A model generated the notes under the pieces. The model did no database searches. It was not told the origin of the DNA and saw only the letters and a program-made list of their open reading frames with translations. DNA of 64,000 bases from positions 1-64,000 of the IMG/VR virus record IMGVR_UViG_3300021170_000008. The stretch is one strand, 5' to 3'. A program made the translations under genes and the position numbers. The stretch's first letter is position 1; each line of letters opens with the position of its first letter. Source of the DNA: a virus. Below are positions 10,214 through 18,789 of the stretch, in pieces.

Positions 10214-10565
10214 TTTTAAGCCTTTCCCGTAGGGCGTGGCATTCGTTGTGAGTGATAGCGACCCGTTCGAAGGCGTCAAGGGTCTGCTTCCGGCTGATCT
10301 CAAGGGATCGCTGAAGTCCAGAGATAGTGGCCTTAAGCTCGTCAATCTCAGCCTGCCGCTTGGCTGCGACTTCAGAAACCGCCGGATCGTCGTGGATCTG
10401 GATGTTCCAGGTCACAAGATCATGCAGGGCTTTGCGGTAGTCGCCGTCTTTAACCGTGATCCAGTTGACAACCAGAACATCATCCACCTGATCGAGTTGC
10501 TCTCTTAGCTTCGCCAACTGGCGCTCTGGGCCGGGCTCGACATCATCGTAAGCTGATTGGCTCAT
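10206..10565 (-). CDS. Hypothetical coiled-coil protein (N-terminal AYDDVEPGP)
   Basis: ORF; N-terminus shared with 7953..8237. Confidence 0.6.
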   Translation of the reverse strand: MSQSAYDDVEPGPERQLAKLREQLDQVDDVLVVNWITVKDGDYRKALHDLVTWNIQIHDDPAVSEVAAKRQAEIDELKATISGLQRSLEISRKQTLDAFERVAITHNECHALRERLKNA

Positions 10566-10570
10566 AGAGG

Positions 10571-10852
10571 CTAATCCGTAGTCACCCGATAGTAGAAGGG
10601 CCAGCCTGGAAAAAATGCCCCAGACATAGCCGCCTGAATCCGGTATTCATCAATACTCGACTCACCTACAACTGTAAAGGGATGACGGAATGTCGTTTCG
10701 GAAGTGTAGTCTAAACTAAGACCTGGATACACGTAGCCGATATCTCGTGGTACTAAATCGGTAACGCACAAGTATCCGAAGTTACAAATCACACGAGCTA
10801 GGGCGTCGCGGGTGATGTCGCTCACTAAGCTACCCCCACTACATCGCAACAA
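10571..10852 (-). CDS. Hypothetical protein
   Basis: ORF in operon; true start probably GTG ~10825. Confidence 0.5.
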   Translation of the reverse strand: MLRCSGGSLVSDITRDALARVICNFGYLCVTDLVPRDIGYVYPGLSLDYTSETTFRHPFTVVGESSIDEYRIQAAMSGAFFPGWPFYYRVTTD

Positions 10853-11169
10853 GATAGGCCGCGTTCACGCTTCCCGAATTCAGCTTGGATTACACGGTCT
10901 ATTTTCTTGTTCAGTTTCACGTGAGTGCCGGTCGGACGGTAGCCCATCTGGACAAGATCATTCCCGTTATAAGACGTATAGCAGCGATGAGTCCAGGAGC
11001 ATTTACGTATTGAAAATGTAAAAGTCTCCCGCGTATGACTGCGACCGTATCCGTCATCAACTCTACAAGAATGAACCGCCCGGACAACACGTAATACGCC
11101 AGATCCAGATCGTAGAACATCTCCGACCTTTATATATTTAGTCCAGTGCGTGGGATGAGTCGGACTCAT
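10825..11169 (-). CDS. Hypothetical protein
   Basis: ORF downstream of TTGACA promoter-like site at 11198-11203. Confidence 0.55.
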   Translation of the reverse strand: MSPTHPTHWTKYIKVGDVLRSGSGVLRVVRAVHSCRVDDGYGRSHTRETFTFSIRKCSWTHRCYTSYNGNDLVQMGYRPTGTHVKLNKKIDRVIQAEFGKRERGLSCCDVVGVA

Positions 11170-11199
11170 AACTACATTTTTTCATCTACCTTAATGATG

Positions 11200-11391
11200 T
11201 CAAGCGAAAACGACATACGCGGATTTAGGGACCGCTATTCCGTAATTCCGGCAGTCACAAAACCGGCATGGACCCATCTCGAAAGTCTCTGAAATATGAA
11301 CATCGCCGTGGTCTTCTGCCGGAGCCAATATTGTCGTATGCAGTTCTGCTGAGCAGTTACAATTATAACACGCAGGCATGAAAGCCGTCAT
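11200..11391 (-). CDS. Small Cys-rich hypothetical protein
   Basis: ATGA-coupled; SD GGAGG. Confidence 0.5.
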   Translation of the reverse strand: MTAFMPACYNCNCSAELHTTILAPAEDHGDVHISETFEMGPCRFCDCRNYGIAVPKSAYVVFA

Positions 11392-12002
11392 TTTCCCTCC
11401 AGTGGATGATGCTCGTCAAGCCACGCGGCCCTAGCAACTAGCTCTTTCTGATTGCTAACCGGGGTATAGCCACGGTGCTTCGGAGGCATCTTCATATTAC
11501 GTACCAAATAGGCGTAATCCTCCAGGGCCGATCCCTTGTCTTCGTCGTAGGTTTTTTGGATCTTCAACAACTCCGGCAACCACGGGCGTGACGCCGGACC
11601 AAGCTGGCGTTCAGCCGCATCGTCAAGGGCGATAGTAAGTTCGTTTTCAATGCGTCCAGCCGGTACAGAGATCTTTGGCTTGGCGGACAACAAAAACTCC
11701 GTGACACTACGACCGATCCCAGACTCCGCTTTTGCCGCCTGCTCCAAAACCACAGGCGAATAAATAGTTGTCACGGATTCTACTGCTGACTTATCTGTGG
11801 TAGTTTTCTTATCCTGATAAGTCTGTGGTACGGCGGAATTCTCTCCATCTAATCGTAAGCGCATCGACTCTACGATCCAAGTGTTTAAACTGCAATCACT
11901 TTCCTCGCAAGCAGCATCTACGCGGAGCCCTAAGATCTCAGGGAAGCGCAGTGTGAACCTCCGGATGTCATCAGGTGTCTTTTCTATAGTGTCATCAGCC
12001 AT
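11388..12002 (-). CDS. Arc/ribbon-helix-helix DNA-binding protein
   Basis: RRFTLRFPEIL...SLNTWIVESMR is a typical RHH pattern. Confidence 0.65.
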   Translation of the reverse strand: MADDTIEKTPDDIRRFTLRFPEILGLRVDAACEESDCSLNTWIVESMRLRLDGENSAVPQTYQDKKTTTDKSAVESVTTIYSPVVLEQAAKAESGIGRSVTEFLLSAKPKISVPAGRIENELTIALDDAAERQLGPASRPWLPELLKIQKTYDEDKGSALEDYAYLVRNMKMPPKHRGYTPVSNQKELVARAAWLDEHHPLEGK

Positions 12003-12053
12003 GGTGTCACTTTAGCGAAATCGTGGTGTCATGTCAAGGATTTAGTGGTGTCA
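12002..12053 (-). promoter_or_regulatory. Promoter TTGACA-N17-TAAAGT overlapped by three TGACACCA direct repeats (22-bp period)
   Basis: TGGTGTCA (+ strand) at 12002, 12024, 12046; -35 at 12032-37, -10 at 12009-14. Confidence 0.7.
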
Positions 12054-12374
12054 CTTTTTGAATTCTACGCCTGAGTAATTTTAGAAAAGATTTTGGAATA
12101 GCCGGGGGAAGCCAGCCCCGCGCCTACGGCGCGGCCAAGTACGGCATGCCACCCCTTAGGCGCTTCACACATGCCTCATAAACGCGCTACAAGCGATCCA
12201 CGGGCAATCGGTGATACCCACGCATAGGGGCGTAATTCGATTGCTCTGGCGTCGTTCTAGCGATTACCCTTGTCCCACGTGTGCGAAATCTCCCTAGGAT
12301 TAGTCCTAGATAAGGCCACCTAAGCCCGTGATAAGCCTATCTTTCGCCCTATGTTTCACCCGCAAATGGGGGTA

Positions 12375-12402
12375 TTGACATACCGTCAAGCGCATATAAG
12401 CT
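12375..12402 (+). promoter_or_regulatory. Rightward sigma70-type promoter TTGACA-N16-TAAGCT
   Basis: Upstream of first rightward gene with SD AGGAG. Confidence 0.55.
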
Positions 12403-12452
12403 AGTGATACCGCGTAGCTTAGCCAAAAGGACGCGGGCAGGAGATAACACAT

Positions 12453-12752
12453 ATGACTGATAACAAGAGTGTTGATAAGAGAGAGACAGCGGGCGGAGGG
12501 TTACCTAGTCACTTCACCGCTGGATTCTGGCTGATGACTCACACAACTATCTGGCAGGGGATACTTAAGGCTTTCCCTGAACCCATCGAAGTGTTGTATC
12601 TCTCTGAGTCGGACGAGCATAACGCTAGATTAGCTCTGGCTCAAGGATCATCAGGCAAATGGTTTCTCCATGATGAGACTGATTCGGGCCTTACTTATCG
12701 GGCCTGGGATACGCTCACCGCTGCTAAGTCTTACCTGCGGAGGTTACGCTAA
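12453..12752 (+). CDS. Hypothetical early protein
   Basis: SD AGGAG; ORF. Confidence 0.55.
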   Translation: MTDNKSVDKRETAGGGLPSHFTAGFWLMTHTTIWQGILKAFPEPIEVLYLSESDEHNARLALAQGSSGKWFLHDETDSGLTYRAWDTLTAAKSYLRRLR

Positions 12753-13025
12753 ATGTACACTCTTCATCCGTTCGCTACTTCATCGGGTGCGGCATCTTTC
12801 GCAGAGCAATTTGCTTCAGGCCCGGTATGCGTCCTGTTACAGAGCTTGGCTAAGCCCGTAGGTTCCAAGCGATATACGCTCTGGCTTAACGTCGCTACCC
12901 TTGACGCCGATAGTGATGGGGTTCATTTCGATGTCAAGCCCGTCAAGCAGATTGCTCCGGCTGTATCGTCCCATAAGTCTCATGCTGAGTTACGGTCCAT
13001 CTTGAAAGGGGTTTCTCATGCGTAG
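12753..13025 (+). CDS. Hypothetical early protein
   Basis: SD GGAGG; abuts upstream stop. Confidence 0.55.
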   Translation: MYTLHPFATSSGAASFAEQFASGPVCVLLQSLAKPVGSKRYTLWLNVATLDADSDGVHFDVKPVKQIAPAVSSHKSHAELRSILKGVSHA

Positions 13026-13199
13026 ACTAGTCGCCACTGCGTTCATTCTCGCCGTTTGGATCGGCGTTATCTGTCGCGCATTGGGGGTGAATCTCATCCC
13101 CATCCAACCGTAGGTGTTCCATGATGAAACGGGGCCTTTGAAGCCCCGTATACCGGACATGGTCACCCGGTACTGACGATTCAGACCAGATAGGAACAT

Positions 13200-13523
13200 A
13201 TGACAAACGTATCTGATAACTTCGCCGTCCCAAGTGCCGTAACGGTACTCCGTCCAACAGTCTTAACTGCCGATTCACTTGCTAACCTGCTAGCCGGAGC
13301 GGCAGAAGCCCATCACATCTACGAAGCTAAGATCGGCATGGCCGATTCTTCGTGGGAATCGTGGTACGCAGCATGGATCATGGATCGCCTTCCAGTTCCC
13401 GTTGAAAGCTCCACACGTACTAGTCTCCGTTCACAGGAACCTGAAACCGGGTTTGACGACGAGCAAGGGACATACGGTCTGTCGGCTTATCCCAACATTC
13501 CCTCGGAAGATTCGGCGTACTAA
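13200..13523 (+). CDS. Hypothetical protein (AH..YE...D..W..WYA motif)
   Basis: SD TAGGA; ORF. Confidence 0.6.
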   Translation: MTNVSDNFAVPSAVTVLRPTVLTADSLANLLAGAAEAHHIYEAKIGMADSSWESWYAAWIMDRLPVPVESSTRTSLRSQEPETGFDDEQGTYGLSAYPNIPSEDSAY

Positions 13524-13534
13524 GGGGCTTTATC

Positions 13535-13897
13535 ATGAGCTTTCAACAACACGCCAAAGGGTCATTTGCAGTTGACGTTCAAGGCCAGTTCCATTGCGGA
13601 CCTAATCACGATTCGCCTAAGCGCTTTGACTTCGAAGTGACTATCCACTACCCTGCTAACGCGCTAGACTCCCAAGGGTTCCTACTCGACAATACGGCTT
13701 TCAAGGGTTACTTTGAGTCGCTTGGCCGAACGGAGCTTAGCTGTGAGCTTTTAGCTAAGACGGCTTGCGAGTACTTCGATTCCCTAGCAGGCGACCGGGC
13801 GCAATCCATCGATGTGGCGATATGGGGTATTCCCGATCATGCGCGGATATCTTACCGCATAGAGAAACCACCTAAAGCTATTCCCGCAAGCGCTTAG
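13535..13897 (+). CDS. Divergent QueD/6-pyruvoyl-tetrahydropterin synthase-like (T-fold) protein
   Basis: HC...H...FEVTI...LDSQGFLLD...SCELLA pattern. Confidence 0.5.
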   Translation: MSFQQHAKGSFAVDVQGQFHCGPNHDSPKRFDFEVTIHYPANALDSQGFLLDNTAFKGYFESLGRTELSCELLAKTACEYFDSLAGDRAQSIDVAIWGIPDHARISYRIEKPPKAIPASA

Positions 13898-13919
13898 ACG
13901 CTCTACAGCCGTTCCACTT

Positions 13920-13959
13920 AACCCCTGGGTATCGCAAGGTACCCAGGGGTTTTTCTTTT
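13920..13959 (+). terminator. Rho-independent terminator
   Basis: ACCCCTGGGTATC-GCAA-GGTACCCAGGGGT hairpin followed by TTTTCTTTT. Confidence 0.85.
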
Positions 13960-14015
13960 GCCTTGACGGGCCTTGAATCCTCATACCATCCAAGTAACTG
14001 AAAGGGGAAAACAGA

Positions 14016-14222
14016 ATGGACAATCAACACCGGCTGCTAGTGTGGGACGGCTCCCGCATAGAGGAAGTGGCGCAAGTGGCGGAACGCGCGGTTATAGACT
14101 TCCTTGAGCAATTCAACGGGCCTGATACCGATACCACCTGGAACCTAGCAGCCGAAGTACATTCGCTGGTAGAAGAACGGCTGCATACCTGGGATGAATC
14201 CCCGGTCAATCTAAGTAACTGA
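14016..14222 (+). CDS. Hypothetical early protein
   Basis: SD after motif copy 2. Confidence 0.55.
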   Translation: MDNQHRLLVWDGSRIEEVAQVAERAVIDFLEQFNGPDTDTTWNLAAEVHSLVEERLHTWDESPVNLSN

Positions 14223-14260
14223 AGACGCCGATTCGGCGAGATAGGAAAACCGATATCTGA

Positions 14261-14575
14261 TTGAGCAAATATACCTTCACAATAGGGCAAGGTTACGACT
14301 CGAACGGTCACAAGCTACAGAACGTCTCCCGCAAGCGTAGGAACGCTCTGCAATCGATTGCTAAGACGTTCGGCGGGTATACCGCGACTCCCGCTAGTGG
14401 TGGATGGATAGACCGCGGAAAGCTCATAACGGAGCCTAGCCTAGCTATCACGGTGTTAACCGATAAACCGGCCAAGACGATCAAGGCCACGGCGCAAGCA
14501 CTTCGGGAAACCTTCGGACAGACGAGCGTACTCGTCACGCGGGAACCGGCTAAGGCTCAGTTCGTCACAGCTTGA
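14261..14575 (+). CDS. Hypothetical protein (FGGYT...GGW motif)
   Basis: TTG start with SD TAGGA. Confidence 0.6.
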   Translation: MSKYTFTIGQGYDSNGHKLQNVSRKRRNALQSIAKTFGGYTATPASGGWIDRGKLITEPSLAITVLTDKPAKTIKATAQALRETFGQTSVLVTREPAKAQFVTA

Positions 14576-14631
14576 CCCTGAATCCTCACAACATCTAAGA
14601 AATAGAAAGGCAAGGACATACGAATACGAAT

Positions 14632-15138
14632 ATGGACAAACGAACGAACGAATCAGAACAGCAAACAATGGAGCGCATCTGGCGCGAAGTCCAGACCAAA
14701 ACCGGAACGCAGACTCACCTGGGAGTCGGCCCGCTACAGGGTTTCGATCTGTTCTTCATGGGCCTAATCAACGCAGACGGGAGTATTAATCCCAATGCGG
14801 CGATTAACCCACGCGAAGGAATCCGCTACACTCCTGGGTTTTCTAAGCTCTTTACAGACAGTCAGATTGCCGGGACACTGGCGCACGAATTGGGGCATTT
14901 TGCCGGAGGATTCAAACACGGCCATGCATCCGAAGTCGCCGCCGATGTGTGGGCAGCAAAACACGGATACGGTCCTCAGTTGCTCGATACGCTGCATTGG
15001 TTTGCAGCCAAAGACCCTGAGGGCGCAAAGGCGGAAGATTCCGACCATCCAGTTGTAGGCAAACGATTTGCCGCAATCAACAAAGTGATTGAATCCCAGC
15101 AACATCAAACGAATAGGAGCAAAGCCAAAGCAGCATGA
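14632..15138 (+). CDS. M48-like zinc metallopeptidase
   Basis: LAHELGH, E..AD, HP...R motifs. Confidence 0.75.
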   Translation: MDKRTNESEQQTMERIWREVQTKTGTQTHLGVGPLQGFDLFFMGLINADGSINPNAAINPREGIRYTPGFSKLFTDSQIAGTLAHELGHFAGGFKHGHASEVAADVWAAKHGYGPQLLDTLHWFAAKDPEGAKAEDSDHPVVGKRFAAINKVIESQQHQTNRSKAKAA

Positions 15139-15287
15139 AACAGAAACCCGCCGTACTCGCAAAGAACCTGCCGTACCTGAAAGCCTTCAAGCTCTATCGT
15201 GAGCTTTCATCTAACCGGCCTGATTTGACGTTTTCCTTCAAACCGCAAGGCAATGCGGGGCTGTACCAAGTGGAGCTAGAACGATGA
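15135..15287 (+). CDS. Small hypothetical protein (50 aa, MKQKPAVLAK...)
   Basis: Hand-translated; ATGA-coupled both ends. Confidence 0.5.
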   Translation: MKQKPAVLAKNLPYLKAFKLYRELSSNRPDLTFSFKPQGNAGLYQVELER

Positions 15288-15466
15288 CCAAAACGGCCTT
15301 GACGGAACAGGAGATCCGGCTTTGGATCTTGAACGACGAACGGCTTTACAACTGGTATCGCGCCGAACGTGGGGATGCTGACGTTTACACGTTCATCCGT
15401 GCGAATCGCCTAGCGCTTGAACGCGCTATCGAACGCACACGCGATAGAGTGACGCCTAAACCTTGA
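15284..15466 (+). CDS. Hypothetical protein (WILNDERLY)
   Basis: Coupled ORF; common phage small-protein pattern. Confidence 0.6.
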   Translation: MTKTALTEQEIRLWILNDERLYNWYRAERGDADVYTFIRANRLALERAIERTRDRVTPKP

Positions 15467-15510
15467 ATCCCTGATACATCTAACAGATAGGAGCGAACGA
15501 ATTAACGAAT

Positions 15511-15738
15511 ATGAGCAAAACCATACGCCACGAAAAATACGACGAGCTAAGCGGCATTATCGCTTGGGAATCCGGAGAGCTTGACGACGAGGGAACCCGC
15601 GAGCTTTTTCAACACCTTGTCGATAACGGCCACGCATGGACCTTACAAGGCACCTACGGGCGAACCGCTTCAGCACTGCTTAAAGCAGGCGAGATCGAAG
15701 CTACCACCGAAACCGCGCGGCGCGTCAAGAATCGCTGA
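15511..15738 (+). CDS. Conserved phage hypothetical protein (ESGEL...FQHLVDNG.AW.LQG.YGR)
   Basis: Recognisable phage small-protein motif; SD AGGAG. Confidence 0.7.
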   Translation: MSKTIRHEKYDELSGIIAWESGELDDEGTRELFQHLVDNGHAWTLQGTYGRTASALLKAGEIEATTETARRVKNR

Positions 15739-15805
15739 ATCCCGGTAGCATCCAAGTAAGTGTAAGAGATAGAAAAAAGACGCCTTCGGGCGAGATAGGA
15801 GATAG

Positions 15806-16015
15806 ATGCGGAAGCTCAAAACCCACGCGAAACATGCGCTCTATCAGGCGCATAAACACTCGGACAAAACTCGGACGGTCTTAGAGGCCGTAGCGAACAT
15901 CATTATCGCACTCGAAACCCGACTGCTGTTTCTGTCGGCGCTGCTCATCGTTTGGTCTATCGTCGATGTGCTCAATATCCTCGAAATCAAAAACAGGGAG
16001 GTCAAAAGCCGATGA
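15806..16015 (+). CDS. Small membrane protein
   Basis: SD AGGAG; hydrophobic segment. Confidence 0.55.
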   Translation: MRKLKTHAKHALYQAHKHSDKTRTVLEAVANIIIALETRLLFLSALLIVWSIVDVLNILEIKNREVKSR

Positions 16016-16163
16016 ATCTACAGTTTAGGAACTTAGTCAACATGGTCCCGCAACACGCGGGACCTGCGGCGGAGCGTAAGCCAGAACACGCTACAAGCGA
16101 CCTGGGATACGACTTCGGGGCCATCTTCCACGATGAAGAGGACAGAGAGGAAAACGGCGAATT

Positions 16164-16376
16164 ATGAACAGCAACTACAGTATAGTAAAGCGCTACACCA
16201 GAAACGGGCGCGTGGTTTGGGATCTATTCGATCCAGACGGTCATCAAGTCCTCGAAATTGTCGCGCATGGCAAAGAACGAGCCGTTGGGGTTTACGACGC
16301 TGACGGGAACCAGCGTGTTTACATAGGGCCATCCTTGGAACAACTGGAACAACAGAAAAAAGAGGGACAAAAATGA
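16164..16376 (+). CDS. Hypothetical protein
   Basis: Coupled ORF. Confidence 0.5.
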   Translation: MNSNYSIVKRYTRNGRVVWDLFDPDGHQVLEIVAHGKERAVGVYDADGNQRVYIGPSLEQLEQQKKEGQK

Positions 16377-16691
16377 AACAGTGGCTCACACTGGCAGCTA
16401 TCGCGGGACTCACCGGCGCATCCTGGCCGTGGGTCCTGGGCTTCATCGGCATCGGCTTAGCACTACGGAGGTCGAATGCGAGCTAAACGCAGACTGGCCG
16501 ATAGACTCCTGATTGCATTGATTCAAAAGAGGAAAGCGAGGAAACGAACATGAACTTAAACTACACATACGACGAGAAAACCGGCCTGTACGAGAATGAT
16601 CTACAGACAAAGCCGGAAGAGAAACCTGAAGATTGGCGCGAGCGCGAGAAAAACGCTGGCGATCCGTTTAGAAACTGGAGGCCATAAAACT

Positions 16692-16907
16692 ATGCCTGAT
16701 AACGAATTACGATGTGAGTGCGATGTGGATTCCACGAAGAATCCCAACCCGCCTTCATGGTACCTGCCTGAAGAACGCAAGGCCATGAAGCACAAGCCCG
16801 GCAAATGCCCTGGAACCTACGAGCTAAAGCAGTATAGACGCAAGGGGAAAGTTGTAAACCTATGCTCTGCCTGCAACTTAACGTCGGATAAGGAAATAGC
16901 GCGGTGA
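16692..16907 (+). CDS. Cys-rich hypothetical protein
   Basis: SD GGAGG before MPDNEL start. Confidence 0.5.
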   Translation: MPDNELRCECDVDSTKNPNPPSWYLPEERKAMKHKPGKCPGTYELKQYRRKGKVVNLCSACNLTSDKEIAR

Positions 16908-17041
16908 GTCCCGCGCACTACGGAAGCAACAACACCCGCGCTGGATCGTATTAGACGATCAACTCAACGGCGTTCTAATGCCATTGCCCTGTCATGGCGG
17001 GAAAAGCACAGGGTCCGTAGTGCGGGCGATTTGCCCGGAAA

Positions 17042-17338
17042 GTGAAGATATGCTTAGTGAAAACATACATTGTACGAATACAAGTTAACGGCAAAACAGT
17101 CGGCGGCGCAGTCGCTATCGGCTCAGGATCACCCGATCAGGCAGCCGAAAGCGTCAAGGCCAAGTTCGACAAAGATAACGAATCAGAACACTTTGCCAAA
17201 CACGGCGATATCATCGACATCGAAGTGTTTGAAGCGCCACCTGAGTTAGTTCAGAAAGCCCTGCAAGGCCAGCTTACCGGCAAGGTGGGGGTAGATTCGA
17301 TTCAGATGCCGCAGCAAGGAAAGGTAGGAGTAGCCTAG
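17042..17338 (+). CDS. Hypothetical protein
   Basis: ORF; start uncertain. Confidence 0.5.
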   Translation: MKICLVKTYIVRIQVNGKTVGGAVAIGSGSPDQAAESVKAKFDKDNESEHFAKHGDIIDIEVFEAPPELVQKALQGQLTGKVGVDSIQMPQQGKVGVA

Positions 17339-17378
17339 AAACGAATAGGACGCTCCAGGAACGATTGAAAGGACAGTT

Positions 17379-17567
17379 ATGTCACTATGGACCCATTCGC
17401 TCTGCGAAGCGTGCTACGCGGCGCTAGAGCCAGGACGAGAACCAGCACGAATTGTCGATCCAGAAACCGAGAGGTGTTGCCGGTGTGGCGTCGAGCATTC
17501 AAGCGGGATCTACTATCGCGCGGACCCGAAAACGCTATTGTGCACTGGAAAGCATTTGACGGAGTGA
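17379..17567 (+). CDS. Small Zn-binding hypothetical protein
   Basis: CxxC, CCxC; SD AAGGA. Confidence 0.55.
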   Translation: MSLWTHSLCEACYAALEPGREPARIVDPETERCCRCGVEHSSGIYYRADPKTLLCTGKHLTE

Positions 17568-17819
17568 AGCTACACTACTTCGCAGTTGGGCCACTTCGTA
17601 ACGGAGGGCCTGCGTTTCTGCTCGCCACGTCGATACTTCTGCGGCCAGCAATGAATACTTCGATAGTGGTCTGGCTAGCTTCGCCCTGTACTGATATACA
17701 AATCGCTTACTACACCCGGCTATCTCGGAGATTTCCCTAACATTACTTCGGCCTTCCGAGATCAAGTATCGAACCGTGCGAGCTTTATAAGTATTTGTCA
17801 ATACTAGCAGTGTTCCCAA
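17535..17819 (-). CDS. Possible small HTH protein
   Basis: NVREISEIAGCSKRFVYQYR HTH-like; start uncertain. Confidence 0.45.
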   Translation of the reverse strand: MGTLLVLTNTYKARTVRYLISEGRSNVREISEIAGCSKRFVYQYRAKLARPLSKYSLLAAEVSTWRAETQALRYEVAQLRSSVASLRQMLSSAQ

Positions 17820-17930
17820 GTAAGCGACGCATCATTAGCTTAGACCTTTTCGGTATGGCATGTCAAGTTAAAAACCTTGACTATCTGTTTCCGTCAAGCG
17901 TAAAATAGAAGAGGAACGAATAAACGAATT

Positions 17931-18197
17931 ATGACTATTTGGAAGTATGCGTTGGCCGTCAAAGATCGCCAGGATATCGACATGCCGAAAGGGGCTAAGA
18001 TTTTAGCTGTTCAGAATCAGAACGGCGGCGGGCAGCTATGGGCGCTAGTCAACCCGAAAGCCAAGAATGTCACGCGCACGTTTGCCACATTCGGCACAGG
18101 CCACGAATTGCCGAACAACCTACACGACGAATTTAAGTACGTCGGTACTTATTTAGCTAACCCGTTCGTCTGGCATGTTTTCGAGGTATTGCCATGA
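17931..18197 (+). CDS. Conserved phage hypothetical protein (TIWKY...MPKGA.IL...GTGH...VWHVFE)
   Basis: Recognisable motif; promoter TTGACT-N18-TAAAAT at 17877-17906. Confidence 0.7.
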   Translation: MTIWKYALAVKDRQDIDMPKGAKILAVQNQNGGGQLWALVNPKAKNVTRTFATFGTGHELPNNLHDEFKYVGTYLANPFVWHVFEVLP

Positions 18198-18436
18198 AAC
18201 TAACCTGCCAGTGCTGCGGATTCACGCAGTACTTTGACGACGGCGAAGTGGCGTTTCATGCCGGGTGGGATTGCCCGCCACACTTCACCGGCTACGTGTG
18301 CTGTAATCTATGCCCTGGATCGTTTGTAGTCCTGGGCATGACGGACAAACATAAAGCCGATCACGAACGCTGGAAACGCGACGGACGACCGGCTGAGTTT
18401 CAGATACCAATGGACGAAGAAGGGAAACGGATATGA
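18194..18436 (+). CDS. Zn-binding hypothetical protein
   Basis: Coupled ORF. Confidence 0.55.
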   Translation: MKLTCQCCGFTQYFDDGEVAFHAGWDCPPHFTGYVCCNLCPGSFVVLGMTDKHKADHERWKRDGRPAEFQIPMDEEGKRI

Positions 18437-18705
18437 GTTTATACCGAGAAGATTTAGATGCAAGCGGCTGTGCTACCCCCAACTGCGGGCATGATCACAG
18501 CGAGCTATTCTTTCATGGCAAATGCCACATGGACGCGCCAAGTATTGCTCGATACGTCAAAACCACTGGTACCGTCGAGATCGAATGCGCCGAATGCAAC
18601 CGGCCAATCGCCAGCGTGAAGGTCGCAAGCCATCGGCACTGCAACTGCGGAGCGGGCGAGAATGCACCGGCCAAGGCGCACGCCAGGGGATGTTTGGTGA
18701 ACTGA
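18433..18705 (+). CDS. Cys/His-rich hypothetical protein
   Basis: Coupled ORF. Confidence 0.55.
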   Translation: MSLYREDLDASGCATPNCGHDHSELFFHGKCHMDAPSIARYVKTTGTVEIECAECNRPIASVKVASHRHCNCGAGENAPAKAHARGCLVN

Positions 18706-18789
18706 ATCGATTTAACGATTGACACAATCTAAGTATTGAGCGATACTTTCTGAGTACCGCAAAAGATAAACGAATAGGAGATAGGACGA

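Larger units (their letters stand above)
13088..15755 (+). repeat. Dispersed 20-bp motif TGAATCC-N6-CATCYAA, seven copies
   Basis: Starts at 13088, 13974, 14195, 14579, 15090, 15464, 15736; constant 6-nt spacer. Confidence 0.8.

Noticed and set aside
12060-12370. Genome terminus or packaging site
   Set aside because: Plausible from position and small palindromes, but not testable without read data.
13088-15755. CRISPR array
   Set aside because: Repeats are gapped 20-mers separated by whole genes at irregular distances; no cas genes.
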